Part shown: one piece after another, positions 60,694 to 64,000 of the stretch | Layout of the letters: the number at the start of each line of letters is the position of its first letter | Numbering within the stretch: the first letter of the stretch is position 1 | DNA from: Lytechinus pictus | Lineage: Eukaryota | Direction of reading: 5' to 3' | Length of the DNA: 64,000 bases | NCBI RefSeq assembly: GCF_037042905.1 | Contig: NC_087252.1 | Location: forward strand, 41,974,001 to 42,038,000 | The notes under the pieces: generated by a model | Told to the model about the DNA's origin: nothing | Seen by the model: only the letters and a program-made list of their open reading frames with translations | The model's database searches: none | Position numbers and translations under genes: made by a program

Positions 60694-63306
60694 CAATTTC
60701 AATTTATTTACCATCTTGAAAAAAATAAGTGTACATAAAAATATGACATAAAATACAGATACATAGTTTAAAAATGGAGGGATACCCTTAATAAGCACAG
60801 TGCTTGTAAGCAGGGTCCCAACATAAACATTTGGGGTAAACATTATAATACAGATTATACATTATAACATAATACAAATTATACATTAAAAATACATATG
60901 TAACAATAAAACACACACACATATGCATACACATAAATTAGAGAGGGAGAAACAGAAAGAGAGGGGAGACAGTGAAGGTGGAAGAGGTAGGAAGGAAAGA
61001 GTCATGATAAAAACCATTCACAATCAAAGAAAAGAGAATGAGAATTTAACATCAAATAGATAATACATTGCAACTCAGCATGAATTCCTTAAAGCGTTGT
61101 GGCCAAGTGGATTAGTCTTCGGACTTTGAAACAGAGGGTCGTGGGTTCGAATCCCAGCCATGGCGTGATTTCCTTCAGCAAGAAACTGATCCTCAATGTG
61201 CTGCACTCAACCCAGGTGAGGTAAATGGGTACCGGTAGGAAATAATTCCTTGAAAAGCTGTGTGCGCTATGAACGCCTAGCTTAGCCGGGTAATATAGGA
61301 GCGCCTTGAGCACCTAACAAGGTGGATATGTGCGCAATATAAATACCCTATATTATTATTATTATTATTATTAAAGAGAGTTTGAATTTGGAAAGTGTTG
61401 AACTTTGTTGAGTAGTGTGGTCAAGGCTATTCCACAATTTGATATATTGAACACGGAATGAATTTAAGACCATGGAAGAGGAGACCTTGGGTTGATAAAA
61501 TAATTTACAGTGACGCGTGTTATAATCATATACTGTTGAGTTAAGAGTAAACATATTATCAAATATCTTTGGCAAAATTCCAGATTTGCATTTATACATG
61601 AAAATAAGGGAATCCATAGAAATGAGATCAGATAAAGGTAAAATATTCATTTTGATGAACAATGGCATACTTGGACAGTTATATGGAGATGATGAAATGA
61701 GTCTTATTGATTTTTTCTGGAGTATTGATAATTTAGATAGATGACTTTTGAAAGTATGACCCCAAACTGAGTTGCAGTATGTTAAGTGAGGCAAGATTAG
61801 GCTATAATACAAAGTAATAAGTATGTTTTTAGGCAATATTAATTTTAGCTTTGAAATGATTCCTATAGACCTCGAAACTTTATTACACACTTTGTTAATA
61901 TGTGGTTTCCAAGAGAGGTATTCATTAACTGTAATACCTAAACATTTAATATATTCAACACGTGATATATCATGACCACCAATAGTAAGATTTGAGACGT
62001 CACTTGGAACCCTCCTGTTCCTTGTTCTGAAAATAATAAATTTAGTTTTATCAAAATTCAAAGAAAGTTTATTACAACAGAACCAATCATACAATTTGTT
62101 AACTTCTTTATTGGTAATATATATTAAATCATAAATATTCTTGTGAGAATTTATAATACAAGTGTCATCAGCAAATAATGAATAATGGAATAATTTTGAA
62201 GAATTTGTAATATCATTTATGTATACGAGGAACAGGAGGGTCCCGAGAATAGAGCCTTGCGGAATTCCATATTTAATAAGTTTACGCTGTGATTGGACAC
62301 CATTGACCATGACAAACTGATATCTGTTATGCAAATAATGTTTGAACCAATCTAACGCTAACCCTCTGACACCATAAGCATTCAGTTTACGTAAGAGTAT
62401 GTCATGGTTAATGGTGTCAAAAGCTTTTGACAGATCCATGAATAAACCAAGACAGTAATTGCCATCATCAATTTTTTGTGATATAAAATTTGCAATGTTT
62501 AAAACACCCATGGAAGTTGAAAAATTTTCACGAAATCCAAATTGCTCTGGTATGAGGATATCATTTGCTTGAAGGTGGGAATATAATCTTTTGTGAATAA
62601 TTTTTCTAAAATTTTCGAAAAAAATGGTAATAGTGATATGGGTCTATAATTATCCACTATTTGACAATTATCTTTTTTGTAAACAGGTATTATTTTGGAT
62701 ATTTTTAATTTGTCAGGAACAATCCCTTGTGATAAGGATTTATTAAATATTGCACAAAGTTGTTCAACAAATAAATGAATTGAGTCCTTAAGAACTCTGG
62801 GGGTCAAGTCATCAAACCCATTAGCTTTTGATGATTTCATAGAAGAGACAATTTTTAGAATTTCATAAATAGATGTAGGTTTTAGGAATAATGAAGAGTA
62901 GCTCTTATCAACAGGCAAGAAGTCATGAAATATGTGAGAAGAGGTAGGTATATTATGTGAAATTCTTTCAGCAATATTGACAAAGTAATGGTTAAAGGAA
63001 TCTGCGATCACACGAGGTGAGGACATATGAACATTATCATTATACATTTTAAGTGGTATATTTTGTCGCCTCTTCCCCAATAATCTATTGATATTATTCC
63101 AAGTTTTTTTCATGTCACCTTTGATTTTATAAAACATGTTATGAAAATATCTTTTTTTAGACGATCTGATAATAGAAGTAAGTATATTTTTGTATGTGAC
63201 ATATTTTTTTTTACTAACAGATTTCTTCAAATATTTATGATATAATTTCTGTTTGACGTTAATTGATTTAAGTATACCAGGTGTGACCCATGGTCTTTTG
63301 CCCTTC
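60694..63306 (-). mobile_element. 5'-truncated L2-group (Crack/Daphne-like) LINE
   Basis: RPWVT, NYRPISLLP.FSKILEK, FMDLSKAFDT, GIPQGSILG.LLFLVYINDI, LFADDT across ORFs 62499-63308 and 61348-62511 (one frameshift). Tail aataaattgaaattg; aactt on both sides. Confidence 0.92.
61092..61370 (+). mobile_element. Full-length tRNA-derived SINE with L2-like tail, inserted antisense in the LINE
   Basis: tggccaagtgg (A box), gggttcgaatccc (B box), central core, gcgccttgagcacc...tataaat...(tat)n tail. Confidence 0.9.
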
Positions 63307-63614
63307 AACTTATAGTTGTGCCTCTGAACAACTTCGGAATGAAATTATTGTCTTCGATATTTAATCACGTTTTCAAAGGCATATTGTATTCAGACATCCA
63401 ATATTAGTCCTTTTTCAATTTCGAACGAAGAAAATCGACCTCGAAATAAGGAAAATAAGCGAATAAAAATTAGGGTATGCTTTGCATGCAGGGACTGCCC
63501 TCAGCGGTGCGATGCATCCCATAGTTTCTGTCCGTCCAGCAAGAAAATATGGGATGCATGCCGTTCACTCGCGCATTGATACAGTCCTAACGTTCGAAAA
63601 AAAAAACCAGCCAG

Positions 63615-63690
63615 ACAGAAAGAGAGAAGGAAAGAAAGAAAGAAAGAAAGAAAGAAAGGAAGGAAGAAAGAAAGGAAGAAAGAAGAAAAA
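63615..63690 (+). repeat. (GAAA/GGAA)n microsatellite
   Basis: Directly visible. Confidence 0.85.
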
Positions 63691-64000
63691 TGTTGCACTT
63701 CACCGCGTGTATATAAGGAACTCCATAGCAGGCTCTTAAAGACACGTTGCAATCCATCGTGTGTGGCCCCCTGCTGTGTGTGCTGGACTGTCGTGTTATC
63801 TTCCGACCGAAACAGGTGTTATGATACTTAGGGCTTATAGTACTTGGAGAAGAGAATTGGTGAAAAAGAAACGGGGGTATAGTCTTCTCAAACGGAGGTT
63901 TTTCGTCATGGATTTTTAGTATGTTATTACTGAGGTCAAATACTGCCAGAAACAGTCGAAAAACCATTGCAATTAGTTCCAGGTCAAACCATATATTGAC

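Larger units (their letters stand above)
60064..64000 (-). pseudogene. Gene B upstream coding region, COR-like (Roco/DAPK-type), broken by stops and TE insertions
   Basis: Open frame from the window edge: VNIWFDLELIAMVFRLFLAVFDL...TIPPFLF...CFGRKIT. After removing TSD-bounded insertions, pieces join as ...RHNYKFLL*ADKSYVIAQLLFIISSLALLACGGKEL / ILGEIETTGITWPRWVYRGLEMFK*, recalling the order of COR-B motifs. By-eye similarity only. Confidence 0.45.

Noticed and set aside
61092-61165. tRNA gene
   Set aside because: It is the head of a SINE with core and (tat)n tail.

Overview
Eukaryotic, AT-rich, intron- and transposon-dominated DNA. The repeat families and death-domain style suggest a sea urchin or other echinoderm (inference). 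Most ORF-track entries are low-complexity or transposon artefacts. Reading splice signals on the minus strand gives three co-oriented host loci. (A) Four intact, phase-compatible exons (732-3499) encode a divergent Mind bomb-like MIB/HERC2 + SH3-like repeat module; the gene runs off the left edge. (C) A death-domain pseudogene (about 24.3-30.1 kb) resembles the N-terminal DEATH domains of sea-urchin NLR-type genes. (B) The 3' end of a gene (43.5-64 kb) has a TE-shattered COR-like (Roco/DAPK-type) region, an intact Ser-rich linker exon, a death-domain-like exon, a terminal exon and a long putative 3' UTR. The rest is transposons. These include two clades of Penelope-like elements (one with inverted pseudo-LTRs carrying hammerhead motifs), L1/Tx1, CR1 and L2-group LINEs, tRNA-SINEs, a decayed Tc1 (DD34E), an AcademH derivative with a RecQ-helicase remnant, and hAT/Harbinger/Kolobok/piggyBac/MULE-type MITEs. 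A 13-kb composite foldback element with TATGG...CCATA ends and a 6-bp TSD fills almost an entire intron and hosts a multi-level nest of insertions. All family assignments are from motif recognition by eye; no database search was run.
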